Of a stretch of 64,000 nucleotides of DNA, positions 31,198-43,917 are shown piece after piece. The number at the start of each line of letters is the position of its first letter. Position 1 is the stretch's first letter. A program made the translations under genes and the position numbers. The DNA lies in NCBI GenBank assembly GCA_951406725.2, contig OX597821.1, positions 18,166,001-18,230,000 of the forward strand, read 5' to 3'. The notes under the pieces were generated by a model that was not told the origin of the DNA, made no database searches, and was given only the letters and a program-made list of their open reading frames with translations. Origin of the DNA: Octopus vulgaris. Its lineage: Eukaryota.

Positions 31198-31272
<75 letters not shown>
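31034..31272. repeat. (TAA)n microsatellite (others at 33854-33991, 34148-34332 and 35005-35080)
   Basis: Direct inspection. Confidence 0.95.
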
Positions 31273-33853
31273 GTCATTTACTTTTAATCTGCATGTTTGA
31301 TGCAATCACTTGCCGGGGCACACCCAGCGCCCTAGGGCAAGTGAAGGTTAAGAGTTGTTGAAATATAGCTGAAAGCTTGGGGAGGGGAAGTAGAGAAATA
31401 TCTCCATGTAATACAAACACAAACATTTACATTGATAGGGTTTTTCTAAGGATGTGGGCAGTACTTGTTAGCACAATCTTTTGGATTTCCTTGAGACATG
31501 GTTCTCCAGGGATATTGTCTCGGTGTTTCTGACATCCCTTTTTTATCATACCTAGGGCACCTACAATAACAGGAACAGTTTTTGTTTTAAGCTTCCACAT
31601 CTTTTGTATTTCGATTTCCAGGTCCTTATATTTACTAAGTTTGTCAAATTCCTTTACAGATACATTTTTATCAGTGGGGACGCTTACCTCTATTAGTCTG
31701 CAGGTATTTTCTTCCTTGTCTTTAACAATTATGTCTGGTCGATTAGCCTTGATCGTTCTGTCAGTGTTGACTGGAAAATCCCAGAGGATGGTGACATCCT
31801 TACCTTCAACAACTGCTGAGGATGGTGTTCATACCAGTTAGCAGGAGTGTCGAATTTGTAGTATTTACATATCTTCCAATGTATATACTGTCCTACCCTA
31901 TCGTGGCGATTTTTGTATTCGTTTGGTGTCAGCACAGGACATCCCGAAACGAGATGGTCTATCGTTTCGTCAAATGTGTCGCAGAATCTGCATTTAGGGT
32001 CAGTACCGTTTCGGAGAACGTTAGCCTGGTAATTTCTGGTAAACAAGCTTTGATCTTGTGCTGCCATTATGAAGCCTTCAGTCTCTGCTTTCAATCCGGA
32101 ACTCTTCAGCCACTGATGGGTTGTTGCTTGGTCTACATCAGCATTTTGGCTTCGGAGAATATATTGTCCATGCAGGGGCTTCTGGCTCCACCGCCTCTCA
32201 ATTTGATTCTGCCCGTTCTTTTTTGGAGTCTGCTTGATTCGTTTTGCTTGCTTGGTAGCAGTGGTTTCCGGCTCTTCATCTGATTCAAGGTTAATGTCTA
32301 GTTCCCTTTCGAACTTATAGGCTTCCTTGACAATAGAATGCAGCTTTTTGCTGCTTTCGTGTTCGCACACAAGTCGCAGCATCCAGTCCTTTGTACTAGA
32401 TAGGTACCTGTTCATTCCTACAGTAGAGGTCTTATAGCACAGCTCTAATTGCATCATTCCTCTCCCCCCGCTGCTTCTAGGTAGGTACAGGCGGTCTACA
32501 TCTGCCTTAGGGTGGTGCATGCTCTTGGATGTCATTAATTTTCTTGTCTTCCTGTCCAAGCGTTGGAGTTCCGTAAGGTTTCAGTTAATGATGTTAAAAC
32601 TGTACTGGACTACTGGAAGCGCCAGGGTGTTAATGGCCTCAATGCAATTTTTGGAGTTGAGTTCAGTCTTCAGTACAAGCCTTATTCTCCTATAGTATTC
32701 CTTTCTTATTTTTTCCTTCATAGTAGCATGATGTATACCATCTCCTTCGTTGATTCCTAGGTATTTGTAACTTTCTTGTGGGTCAAGTTCCTTGATGGTA
32801 GTGTCAATATCTAATTTAACAGAAGTTGTTTGCCTGAGCTTGCCTCTTACAAAAGTTGCTTTAGCACACTTATCAAAGCCAAAATCCATTCCGATATCAT
32901 TGCTAAACTCTTTAACAGTTGTTAGCAGCCCTTCTAGCTCTTGGTCATTCCTGGCAAACAGCTTTAGGTCGTCCATATAGAAAAGGTGGTTTATTAACTT
33001 ACTAAAAACTTTGTACCCATATCTGGTACTATCCAATTCGTTTGAGAGTGGGATCAGTGCCATGCAAAAAAGTAATGGAGTGAGGGAGTTACCTTGAAAG
33101 ATGCCTCGTTTGATGTTGATGCTGTTGGACTGGCTCATCCCATTACTATGGCTTAGAAAGAGACGTGTGTTCCACATGGTCATGCTATTCTCTAAGAATT
33201 TTGAGACGACAGGAGAGATCTTGTATATCTCAAGGGCCTTGAGTATCCATTTATGTGGGACACTATCATACGCTTTCCTGTAGTCTATCCATGCCATACT
33301 CAGGTTTTTGTTTTTGCTCCGGCAATTCTCTACAATCATTTTGTTTATGAGCAATTGGTCTTTGCACCCATAAGAGTTTCTTTTACAACCTTTTTGAGCT
33401 TGTGGAAGGATAGAGTTTTGTTCAAGGAAAGCGTACATTCTCTCCGTTATTATGGATGTGAGGATTTTGTAGGTGGTGTTGGGCCGGTAATTCTTTGGGT
33501 TTTTTGTGTCTTCGGTTTTAGGTAATAGGTAGGTGGTTCCTTCAGTCAGCCAAGCAGGCATTTGCTCTGGGTTCTGAATGACATCAGACAGAGATGCAGC
33601 GAGATTTTCGTGTACCTCTGTCAAACAATTCAGCCAGAAGTTAGGGATCCGATCCAGTCCTGGGGTTTTCCATTTATGAGCCTTCCTAAGGACACACCTT
33701 AGCTCCTCTATTCCTATTGCTTCCCTTTTCTGTTCTTCAAGTTCATCCAGTCTCTCTTTCTCACGTTCTATCCAATCAGCCTCAGCATTAAACTCTTTTT
33801 CGTTGCTCCATACCTTCTTCCAGAACTCCTCCACTTCCTCAATCTTAGGTGGA
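31273..33853 (-). mobile_element. 5'-truncated R4/Dong-like LINE (RT, CCHC finger, restriction-like endonuclease), frameshifted
   Basis: KTPGLDRIPNFW, IDYRKAYDSV, GIFQG, FYMDDLK, HPKADVDRLY..GGRG, CRFC..ETIDHLVSGC, RHD, PD..KY.DL; (TAA)n on both sides. Confidence 0.88.
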
Positions 33854-33889
33854 TTATTATTATTATTATTATTACTATTATTATTATTA

Positions 33890-33961
<72 letters not shown>

Positions 33962-33991
33962 CATTATTATTATTATTACTATTATTATTAT

Positions 33992-34147
33992 TGAGTGAGA
34001 GAGCAGTGCATGCCATCAAAGTCACACTGGGGTAAAATATACGAAGCCCAATATACCCATCATGACTACCCGTCTGATAAGGGTACACCAGGCACATGCA
34101 TCACAACCGTATGTGCGCGACATGGTGATCTCATATCAAGATAAACA
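33992..34147. repeat. Short unclassified insert embedded in (TAA)n
   Basis: 155-bp complex sequence between two TAA arrays; probably a retroposed 3' end, family not recognised. Confidence 0.35.
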
Positions 34148-34159
34148 TTATTATTATTA

Positions 34160-34280
<121 letters not shown>

Positions 34281-34332
34281 CATCATCATCATCATTATTA
34301 TTATTATCATCATCATCATTATTATTATTATT

Positions 34333-35004
34333 CTATGTTTGACTTTTGCTTTATGTCTGTACAAGTTGGCTCCAAGTCTCACCCAGAGACCTCAAGAGAC
34401 AACAGGTTGGAAGTTCTGTGCCATATATTTGGGGTTTTTTTTCTTCCTTTCCCTTTTTTTTGGTGTTGTACCAGTGAATGTCTAATACATAAAAATAAAA
34501 TTTAAAAAAAAAAAAAAAAGTTTGTTTTAAACCTTGGGATTACATAGAGAGTATTTTGCGTAGGATATGAGCAGTTCCCATGAGCACTATCTTTTGAATT
34601 TTTGCCATTTTGGGGTTTCCTGGTATCTGAGTTAGGTAGCAATCAGTCCCTTTCGCTATCATTCCCAGGGCACCTATGACAACAGGTATTGTTTTAGTCT
34701 TCAGCTTCCACATTTTGCTGATTTCTATTTCAAGATCTTTATATTTGCTCAGTTTTTGGTAGGTCTTGACAGATACGTTTATATCGATTGGGACAGTCAT
34801 ATCAATGAGGAGGCATGTTCTTTGTCTGAAGTCTTTCAATATGATGTCTGGCCTATTTGCATCTATCTTCCTGTCAGTTTGAAAGGTGAAGTTCCAGAGG
34901 AGTGAGATGTGGTCATTTTCAAACACTGGCGGTGGATTGTGTTCCACCAGGGGTAAATCCAGGTTTTTGCAAATTACCCAGTGAATATATTGTGCAGCTC
35001 TATC
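34333..35004 (-). mobile_element. Second R4/Dong-like LINE 3' fragment with 3' UTR
   Basis: YIHWVIC..NRPDI..LIDMTVP..KLSKYKDLEIE..ILRKILSM; TAA arrays on both sides. Confidence 0.85.
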
Positions 35005-35016
35005 TATTATTATTAC

Positions 35017-35079
<63 letters not shown>

Positions 35080-35394
35080 CATCGTCATTCTTATTATTTT
35101 CTTCTTTATTGGGTAACGAGTTAATATTTTTGTTTTACTCAATATTTTAAACTAACTTTATATGCCATATTTGAAAAAAAACAGAGTTAAATACAAATAA
35201 GGACAACTTTATTAGGCATATGCATATTTTCACTCAGCAGGTAATCATTAGTGTGGTTTATAATTTATAGGGAAATTCAAGGAAAAATTTAATGAACATC
35301 TAACATTATATGCATCTGTACGTTTGCATATGCGTATGTGTCTGTATGTATGTGTATGCACCCGCACGTAAAAATATATATGCATGTGTGTATC

Positions 35395-35466
<72 letters not shown>

Positions 35467-35545
35467 CATAGATACACACATGCATATATATTTTTACGTG
35501 GGGTGCACACACACACATATATATATATATATACATATATATAAG

Positions 35546-35618
<73 letters not shown>

Positions 35619-35653
35619 TTACGTATGTATACATACATACATACATACATACA

Positions 35654-35686
<33 letters not shown>

Positions 35687-36109
35687 GTGCATACTCAATT
35701 AGAAATTTCTCTCTCTCTATGTATGTATGTATGTATGTATGTATGTATGTATGTATGTATGTATGTATGTATGTATGTATGTATGTGTGTGTGTGTATGT
35801 ATGTATGGACGGTTTACTTGTCTGTATGAATATATGCTTTCGTGAACAATAGCCTCGTTAAGCGAATGAGCTACAAGAGGTGACCAACAAAGTAATCACT
35901 GTTTCTTTGGATGTGATGTACACTTCCTATAAAGGTCACGAGAAGAGTTTTTGTATTTATTATTTTTTAATTTTTTTTCTATTTACTGCAGTGTAAAATG
36001 TTTCTAAAGATATTAATATCAGATGTCGTCACAAAATTTAAAGAAAATGAAAAAAATTTTTTTTTTTTATAATTCGGACTTTTAATAAATTTTATTTGGA
36101 AAAATATTG

Positions 36110-36295
36110 GTTACAGATTTTGGAACAAGGCCAGCAAGTCCCGAGGTGGGAGCAAGTCGATTACGTCAACTCTAATTCTTAACTTGTACTTAATTTATCG
36201 ACCCCCGGATGGATGAAAGGCAAAGTCGACCTCCGTGGAATGTGAATTCAGAAATTAATGACAGACGAAATGTCGCTGAGTATTTTGCCCGGCTT
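36110..36295 (-). mobile_element. Meta/MESC-like SINE, tail type 2 (degenerate)
   Basis: Core visible on the plus strand as TTTATCGACCCC..GGATGAAAGGCAAAGTCGACCTC. Confidence 0.7.
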
Positions 36296-37074
36296 ACTTT
36301 ATTTGGCAAAATATTATTCTAGTTTTTAAAGATACAGAATTTTTTTAATGATCTCACACAATATCAGGTTGATTGTGTTTTTGTTGTTATTTACTCAAAG
36401 TTCAGGGAGCGTGACCAGGTTTTGAAGGTCATTACAGACACCATCCGGTGTGAGATTAGCCACTGCAAGAGCCTCTAATCAACAAGGAAGTCTATTGCTT
36501 TTGTCAGAGCTGGCATGAAGAAGATGCTAGCTGATAGGTCCTCAGCCTCGGATCTACTCGCAATTACAAAAGACTGGGAGTTGATTTAGCAAACCTATTA
36601 TCAAAAGATTTCCAACCGAGATCATTCTGTCTATTTAGAAATGTCTAACATTATATAATCTACTTGTTAAAAAGTCACGTTAGATTCTAATGACAGAAAA
36701 TAGTATGAGGGAGAATAGGCGGTTATTTCTCGAGAGCCAAATATCTCCCTCATTAGCTCATCTGTACTGCAGTGTAATATCGTGGTATTATTGTAGTTGC
36801 TGGTATATCATTGCTGTCAAGAACGAACGGTTAAGATGCTCGTATAGCAATCGGGATGACAATCATGACGCCCTGGGTTCGATCCTACTCTGCAGCACTT
36901 TTAGCAATTGTGTTCCATCATAACTGCGAGCTGACGCGAACTACGTCAATGAAATAGACGTAAAATGCGTAAAATAGACTTAAAGTATGTAAAATGTCCA
37001 CCCGATGCTTCACTGTAAGACGGTGAGTCTGTACGCGGATTAAGTTATTGCCACAAGAGTGTGAGTAGTACTTA

Positions 37075-37980
37075 ACCAGTAACATTTCTATCCTTTCAAC
37101 TAAACCGAAAGAAAAACAGCTAAGCATTTTGTCCGGCGTGCTAGTGATTCTCCCATGTCGCCTTAGCCAATAACACAATGTTCTTTCCACTAAAAGCCTG
37201 ACGTTTGATGGGGGTGAGTGGAGGACCGTGAGTCAATTACATTGAACCCAGTGCTTGATTAGTACTTATAATACCTATTTCTTTACTACCCACAAGGGGC
37301 TAAACACAGAGGGGACAAACAAGGACAGACACACAGATTAAGTCGATTACATCGACCCCAGTGCGTAACTGGTACTTAATTTATCGACCCCGAAAGGATG
37401 AAAGGCAAAATCGACCTCGACGGAATTTGAACTCAGAACGTAGAACCAAAAGAAATACCGCTAAGTATTTTATCCAGCGCGCTAACGATTCTGCTAACTT
37501 ACCGCCTCAACCAGTAATACTAATATTGGTTTTAAATTTTGACACAAGGCCGCAATTTCGGGGGAGGGACAAAGTCGATTACGTTGACTCCATTGCTCAA
37601 CTGGTAAATATTTTATCGACACCCCGAAAGGATGAAAGGCAAAGTCGACCTCAGCGGAATTTGAACTCAGAACGCAAAGACAGGCAAAAATATCACGAAG
37701 CATTTTGCGCAGCGTGCTAACGATTCTGCCAACTTGCCGCCTTAATTAGTAACACTAATTTTGTTTTCAAATGTTGACACAAGGCCTGCGATTTGTAGAT
37801 GAAAGAAAGACGATTACATCGACTCCATTGCTTAAGTGGTACTTATTTCATTGATATTGAAAGGATGAAAAGCAAAGTCAACCTCGGCGGAATTTGAACT
37901 CAGAACTCAAAGACGGGCGAAATGCTGCTGAGCACCAAGCCCCGTGTGCTATCGATTCTTCCAGCTCGCTGTCTTAACCA
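37075..37980 (-). mobile_element. Cluster of same-orientation Meta/MESC-like SINEs (clear copies 37270-37507, about 37523-37743 and about 37757-37976)
   Basis: Repeated core GGATGAAAGGCAAAGTCGACCTC and heads; copies are separated by a recurring AACCAGTAA-like motif. Confidence 0.8.
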
Positions 37981-38390
37981 GTAACTCTAGGGGTTGGGCG
38001 AGATGGCACCTTTATGCGTTTGATTGAAGATTGAGCTAAAAACAAAAAGAAATGTGTTTGTGAAATGTCCAGCCGTTTGTACCGTTATTCGATGAATAGG
38101 CGATTCATTTGTTCCAAGAACTGGATTGCACATTGTTCAAACCAACAGAGAATTTCAATGAATTATTTATTATGTTAATTAATTCTGTAGTAATTAGTTT
38201 CGTGACTCAGAATCTCATATAGTGAAATTACATTGAACAGGGCATCCGGTCATCCGGTCGTCAGTGTTTAAGCCATAAGAGATGTTAGCTAAATATTTAC
38301 GAATGCTCTCTAATGAAGATCCGTTGAAGTAACACATTACTATGTCTGATTGCTATGTGAGCCGCATGACAGACATATTGCATTCCCTTA

Positions 38391-38433
<43 letters not shown>

Positions 38434-38635
38434 TTATATATATATATATATATATACAGATAGATAGACAAGAGAGTGTGGAAGAAAGACAGACAGACAG
38501 AAACAGAAACATATATACATAAACACATACATATAGAAGCACGCATTTATATACATTTATGTGGTTCTACTCTTGTATATAGCTCTCTATATACGTGAGT
38601 ATGCGTGCATGTGTGTATATATGCGTGCATGTGTG

Positions 38636-38684
<49 letters not shown>

Positions 38685-38691
<7 letters not shown>

Positions 38692-39020
38692 CATGTGTGT
38701 GCGCGTGCATGTGTGTGCGCGTGCATGTGTGTGCGCGTGCATGTGTGTGCGCGTGCATGTGTGTGCGCGTGCATGTGTGTGCGCGTGCATGTGTGTGCGC
38801 GTGCATGTGTGTGCGCGTGCATGTGTGTGCGCGTGCATGTGTGTGCGCGTGCATGTGTGTGCGCGTGCATGTGTGTGCGCGTGCATGTGTGTGCGCGTGC
38901 ATGTGTGTGCGCGTGCATGTGTGTGCGCGTGCATGTGTGTGCGCGTGCATGTGTGTGCGCGTGCATGTGTGTGCGCGTGCATGTGTGTGCGCGTGCATGT
39001 GTGTGCGCGTGCATGTGTGT
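38685..39020. repeat. 16-bp minisatellite (GCGCGTGCATGTGTGT), about 21 copies
   Basis: Essentially perfect units; strictly alternating purine-pyrimidine. Confidence 0.95.
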
Positions 39021-39029
39021 GCGTGTGTG

Positions 39030-39190
39030 TGGTCGAAGTAAAAAAAACAAAGACGAGGTGAAAGAACAACAAACAGGGTTTATTAGGTGAACATTCGGGG
39101 AATATAGAAGCCTTTAACGTTTCGAGCCTACGTTCCATTACGAAAGAGTAGCTGATGATAGTAAAAATAAAGAGAGAAAAAACGTGTCCG
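39030..39190 (-). mobile_element. Degenerate pseudo-LTR-like fragment related to 60597-60907
   Basis: Minus strand CGTAGGCTCGAAACGTTAAAG plus a shared CAAAGACGA.G flank. Confidence 0.5.
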
Positions 39191-39339
39191 AATGAACGTA
39201 TGCATCGCTGTGGCATACCAGCAAATGGTTTTTACATCATTTATATATATAGACGTGGGCCCTTTCATCTAGAAGGCCTTCCACAGCACACACCCCAACC
39301 CCACACCGATCCTTTATCTGGTGGTCAGTGCGCTAACTA

Positions 39340-40970
39340 AGGATAGATGAGTAGTTAGTGATAGCTGTACAAGCCATGTATAGGGATGCTGTTAGTAAGG
39401 TGAGGGTTGGCAACGAGTATAGCGAAGAATTCGCGATAGAAGTAGGGGTTCACCAAGGATCAGTTCTCAGCCCCCCTCTCTTGTTCATCATAGTCCTTCA
39501 GACAATAAGAGAAGAATTCAAGTCAGGCTGCCCCTGGGAGCTCTTTTATGCTTATGGCCTTGTTCTTATAGCTAAGTTACTACCAGACCTAGAGAAATTT
39601 CAGTTGTGGAAGCTAGGTCTAAAATCGAAGGGCCTAGCAAAAACCTTAGTAAGCAGTAAAGAGGACAAATCACAAATTCCTTCAGGTAGACGGCCTTGCT
39701 CGATCTGTAGAAAAGTCGTAGGTAGAAACTCCATAAAATGTACCCAGTGTAAGCTATGGATACATAAAAAGTGCAGCAATATCAGAGGAAGATTAACTGG
39801 GAAGATAGTTTTTATGTGTGGGAGATGCACAGGTGCAATAAACACCGAAAATATACAGAAACCAGATTCCATCACATGCCAGTTGATAACCTCCGTTACC
39901 TAGGTGACCAAGTCGGTAGCGGAGATGGGTTCTCTGGAAGCGGAGTTTCTAGAATAAGAAATGGCTGGGCAAAGTTCAGAGAGCTCCTACCTCTGCTGTA
40001 ACAAAAGCCCTCTCGTTCAGAGTGAAAGGTAGACTGTATGATACCTGTGTGAACAGCCATGCTACACGGAAGTGAAACATGGGCTATGACTTCTGAGGAC
40101 ATGCGTAAACTCGAAAGAAATTAAGCTAGTATGATCCACTGGATGTGTAATGTCTGTGTCCTTGTACAACAGAGTGTAAGTGTTCTAAGAGAAAAGTTGG
40201 ACATAAGAAGCATCAGATGTGGTGTGCAAGAGAGACGACTGCGCTTGTATGGTTATGTGATGCGTATGGATGACGACAGCTGTGTGAAGAAGTACCACAC
40301 CCTTATGGTGGAAGGAACCTGTGGAAGACGTAGGCCCAGAAAGACATAGGATGAGGTGGTGAAGCACGACCTTCGGACGTTAGGCCTCGGACCTCTCAGA
40401 GTCAATGACAAGCGACCGAGACCTTTGGAGATATGCCCTGCTTGAAAAGACCCAGCAAGCCAAATGCGATTATGGTCGTGACCGATACCAGTGTCGCATA
40501 ACTGGTCCGTTTAAAAGCAACCTCCAATCGTCGGGCGATGTGCCGTGCTTGTGAAGACATTGGACCGAGTGAAATCGATGCCGTGTCTCATGCTAATGCC
40601 GGTGTCACGTAAAAAGCACCATTCGAGCGTACCCGATGCCTGTGCCACCTGACTGGTACTCGTGCCGGTGTCACGTAAAAAACATTATTCAAGCGTGGCC
40701 GATGCCAGTGCCACCTGACTGGTACCCGTGCCGGTGGTACGTAAAAAGCATCATTCGAGCGTGGCTGATGTCAGTACCGGTGGCACGTAAAAAGCACCCA
40801 CTACACTGTCAAAGTGGGTGGCGTTAGGAAGGCTATCCAGCTTTAGAAACCATGCCAAATCAGATTGGGGCCTGGTGCAGCCTCCCAGCTTACCAGTTCT
40901 CAGTCAAATCGCCCAACCCATGCCAGCATGGAAAGTGGACGTTAAAAGACGGTGATGATGATGATGATCA
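39340..40970 (+). mobile_element. 5'-truncated RTE-clade LINE (decayed) with repeat-containing 3' UTR and (GAT)n tail
   Basis: VGVHQGSVLSP.LF, PWELFYA, YLG, AMLHGSETW, RRLRLYGYVMR, GRRRPRKT. Confidence 0.88.
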
Positions 40971-41050
40971 TGATGGACTTTCGATTCGATTCGTTCCGGG
41001 TTCGATTCAGGTACATGTTGCTGATTAGCCACAAAAAATGGCGAAATATC

Positions 41051-41283
41051 TGTTTCTTTATTACCCACAAGGGCCTAAACATAGAGGAGACAAACAAGGA
41101 CAGACAAACGGATTAAGTAGATTACATTGACCCCAGTGCTTAACTGGTACTTAATTTATCGACCCCGGAAGGATGAAAGGCAAAGTCGACCTCGGCGTGA
41201 TTTGAACTCTGAACGTAACGGCAGACAAAATACGGCTACGCATTTCGCCCGGCGTGCTAAAGTTTCTGCCCGCTCGCCGCCTT
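41051..41283 (-). mobile_element. Meta/MESC-like SINE, tail type 1, with TSD
   Basis: Full head, core and tail; TGGCGAAATATC at 41039-41050 and 41285-41296. Confidence 0.85.
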
Positions 41284-41584
41284 TTGGCGAAATATCAAAA
41301 TGGCGAAATATTAATATCCATCACTCCTGAATGGGACTGTAGGCGAGTTGTCTCGCCTGTATTTGACTTTCAGTTGTTTAAACATCCAGTGCTAAGAAAG
41401 AGTCATCTCCGGCAAACAGGCAAAATACATACATTATGTGCAGTTGGTAATGTTTACAATACTAGCGCTATTTCTAATTCGTAATTGTGTATGTATGTAT
41501 GTATGTATGTATGTATGTATGTATTTATGTATGTATGTATGAATGAATGAATGAATGAATGAATGAATGAATGAATGAATGAAA

Positions 41585-41910
41585 CAACTTGACTCCGTCG
41601 GTCACGAATAACCATGGGTGCACCTAAGAGGTTCCCCTCCGGGGAACAAGTCTGGGCGGAAAGTCGCTTCACCGGCGAACGCATAACCTAGGGTTGCTTT
41701 TAAAGAAGACCAGCGGTCGCCCATGCATACCAGCCTCCCCTCTCACGCCACCAATGTTATCCAAGGGAAAGACAAATGACGATACAGCTTGGCACCAGTG
41801 ACTTCGCAACTCATTTCTACAGCTGAGTGAACTGGAGCAACATGAAATAAAGCGCCCTGTTCAAGAACACAACACGCAGCCCGGTCCGGGAATCAAACTT
41901 ACAACCTCAC
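41585..41910 (-). mobile_element. CORE-like tRNA SINE with a different 3' half
   Basis: Shares GCTGAGTGAACTGGAG.AAC.TGAAATAAAG with 1086-1390. Confidence 0.65.
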
Positions 41911-41930
41911 AATGCTTCCCTTAAAAATAA

Positions 41931-42531
41931 GGCGGCGAGATGGCAGAAACGTTATCGCGCCGGGCGAAATGCCTAGCGGTATTTTGTCTGTCGTTACATT
42001 CTGAGTTCAAATTCCGCCGAGGTCGACTTTGCCTTTCATCCTTTCGGGGTCGATAAATTAAGTACCAGTAACGCACGCTCTGAGGTCTATATAATCGACT
42101 TAATCCGTTTATCTGTCCTTGTTTGTCCCCTCTGTGTTTAGCCCCTTGTGGGTAATAAAGAAATAGGTATTTCGTCTGCCGTTACGTTTTAAGTTCAAAT
42201 TCCGCCGAGGTCAACTTTACCTTTCATCCTTTCGGGGTCGATAAATTAAGTACCAGTTACGCACTGGGGTCGATGTAATCGAATTAATCCGTTTGTCTGT
42301 CCTTGTTTGTCCTCTCTGTGTTTAGCCCCTTATGGGTAATAAAGAAATAGGTATTTCGTCTGCGGTTACGTTCTGAGTTCAAATTCCGCCGAGGTCGACT
42401 TTGCCTTTTATCCTTTCGGGGTCAATAAATAAAGCACCAGCTACGCACTGGGGTCCATGTAATCGATTTAATCCCTTTGTCTGTCCTTGTTTGTCCCCTC
42501 TATGTTTTAACTCCTTGTGGGCAATAAAAAA
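41931..42531 (+). mobile_element. Meta/MESC-like SINE multimer: one head plus three body-tail units of about 184 bp
   Basis: Units start GGTATTT at 41978, 42166 and 42350. Confidence 0.88.
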
Positions 42532-42540
42532 TATATATAT

Positions 42541-43770
42541 GCAGGGATAAAAATTTTGTGCCCGCTAAATGGAGCTTGCATGTCCGAGACCATCATTTGT
42601 GAAACCACCGTTGACTCTACAACCACTAAGGACACAATTTCGACAAAGAAATATGTGGGCCTTACAGAGGGGAATTTCAAGACCAGGTTCAACAATCACA
42701 CCATGAGCTTCATAAAGGAAAACGACCAAATTATCCAGTCATATATGGTCCTTAAAAGATAAAGGTTTCAGTTACAACATCCATTGGGAGATCTTAGCCA
42801 ACGTCTTTGTGATATGGAAAGATGGCTCATCTGGTAAAGCAGCTTAGACCCCGCTACATGTCTAAATTCAAGAACTGAACTTTTTGAATCATGTCCATAT
42901 GTAGCTAAATATTTGTTACGTTTTTGGTTCCCCCAAGATCATAGATAGAACTTGCTTTTTATATTGTGTCCATGTACAAGCTTTTTATCTCTCTATACTT
43001 TTTACATATATTTTTTATATCTTTTACTTATTTTCTACATATTTATAGAGATATATTTTTATGTTTTTATTGCATTATATATTTTTACACATTTTTTCTA
43101 TATTTTACCTTTCACCCTGAATTTTTCATTTGCATGTGCGTATATAAACATGTATATGAACTTTTGTGTGCGCGTGTGTGTGTGCGTATGTGCGGGTATG
43201 TATATATCTACATGTGTATGGTTGTATATATACGTGGGTATACATGAGAGTGTGAGTGAGCATGTGCATATATAGCATGTACGTATTTTTAGACGTGTAT
43301 TTGAATATAACTGTGCGCGTATGGGTATGTGCACGCGCGTGTGTATGTGGATATGAATGCGTGTACATGCATGGTTGCATATATATGTGCATCTGTTGGC
43401 GTATGTGTGGGCGCGCATGTGTGTGTTTCCTGCGAGTGCGAGTGAGCATATGCATATAGGCACATGTACGTGGGTGTGCGTGCGTGTATGTGTATGTACG
43501 TACATGCGCGCATACGCGATTGCTATGAGCATTTTTACTCCTTTACTTTTTACTTCCTCCCCTTCGGTTTTTCCCCTTATTCAACGGTCATTTTAATAGC
43601 TCTTTTGTCTTAATAACGGTCAACTACATAGAAATTTTCCTTTGTTTAACGGTCATTTTCACAGCATATTTTGATTGCCTCGATAACTGAAGAGATGCCG
43701 GAGCAGGTTTTCGCCCCGACATCCGAAACTCGGAGTTTATTATGGCAATCGAATAATTGTCACATATTAT
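42541..43770 (+). mobile_element. Penelope-like 3' fragment (GIY-YIG remnant 42541-42945, then 3' region with hammerhead)
   Basis: CPLNGACM..II.ET..KYVGLTEGNFKTRFNNH; homologous to 55306-55938. Confidence 0.8.
43673..43750 (+). ncRNA. Type I hammerhead ribozyme motif
   Basis: GATAA-CTGAAGA-GATG..CATC-C-GAAA-CTC-G-GAG-TT; distal helix I GATTGCC/GGCAATC; proximal helix I is imperfect. Confidence 0.6.
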
Positions 43771-43775
43771 ATTAC

Positions 43776-43824
<49 letters not shown>

Positions 43825-43827
43825 TAC

Positions 43828-43917
<90 letters not shown>

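Noticed and set aside
41931-42020. tRNA genes at SINE heads
   Set aside because: Box A/B-like motifs are present but there is no complete cloverleaf, and they continue into SINE cores.
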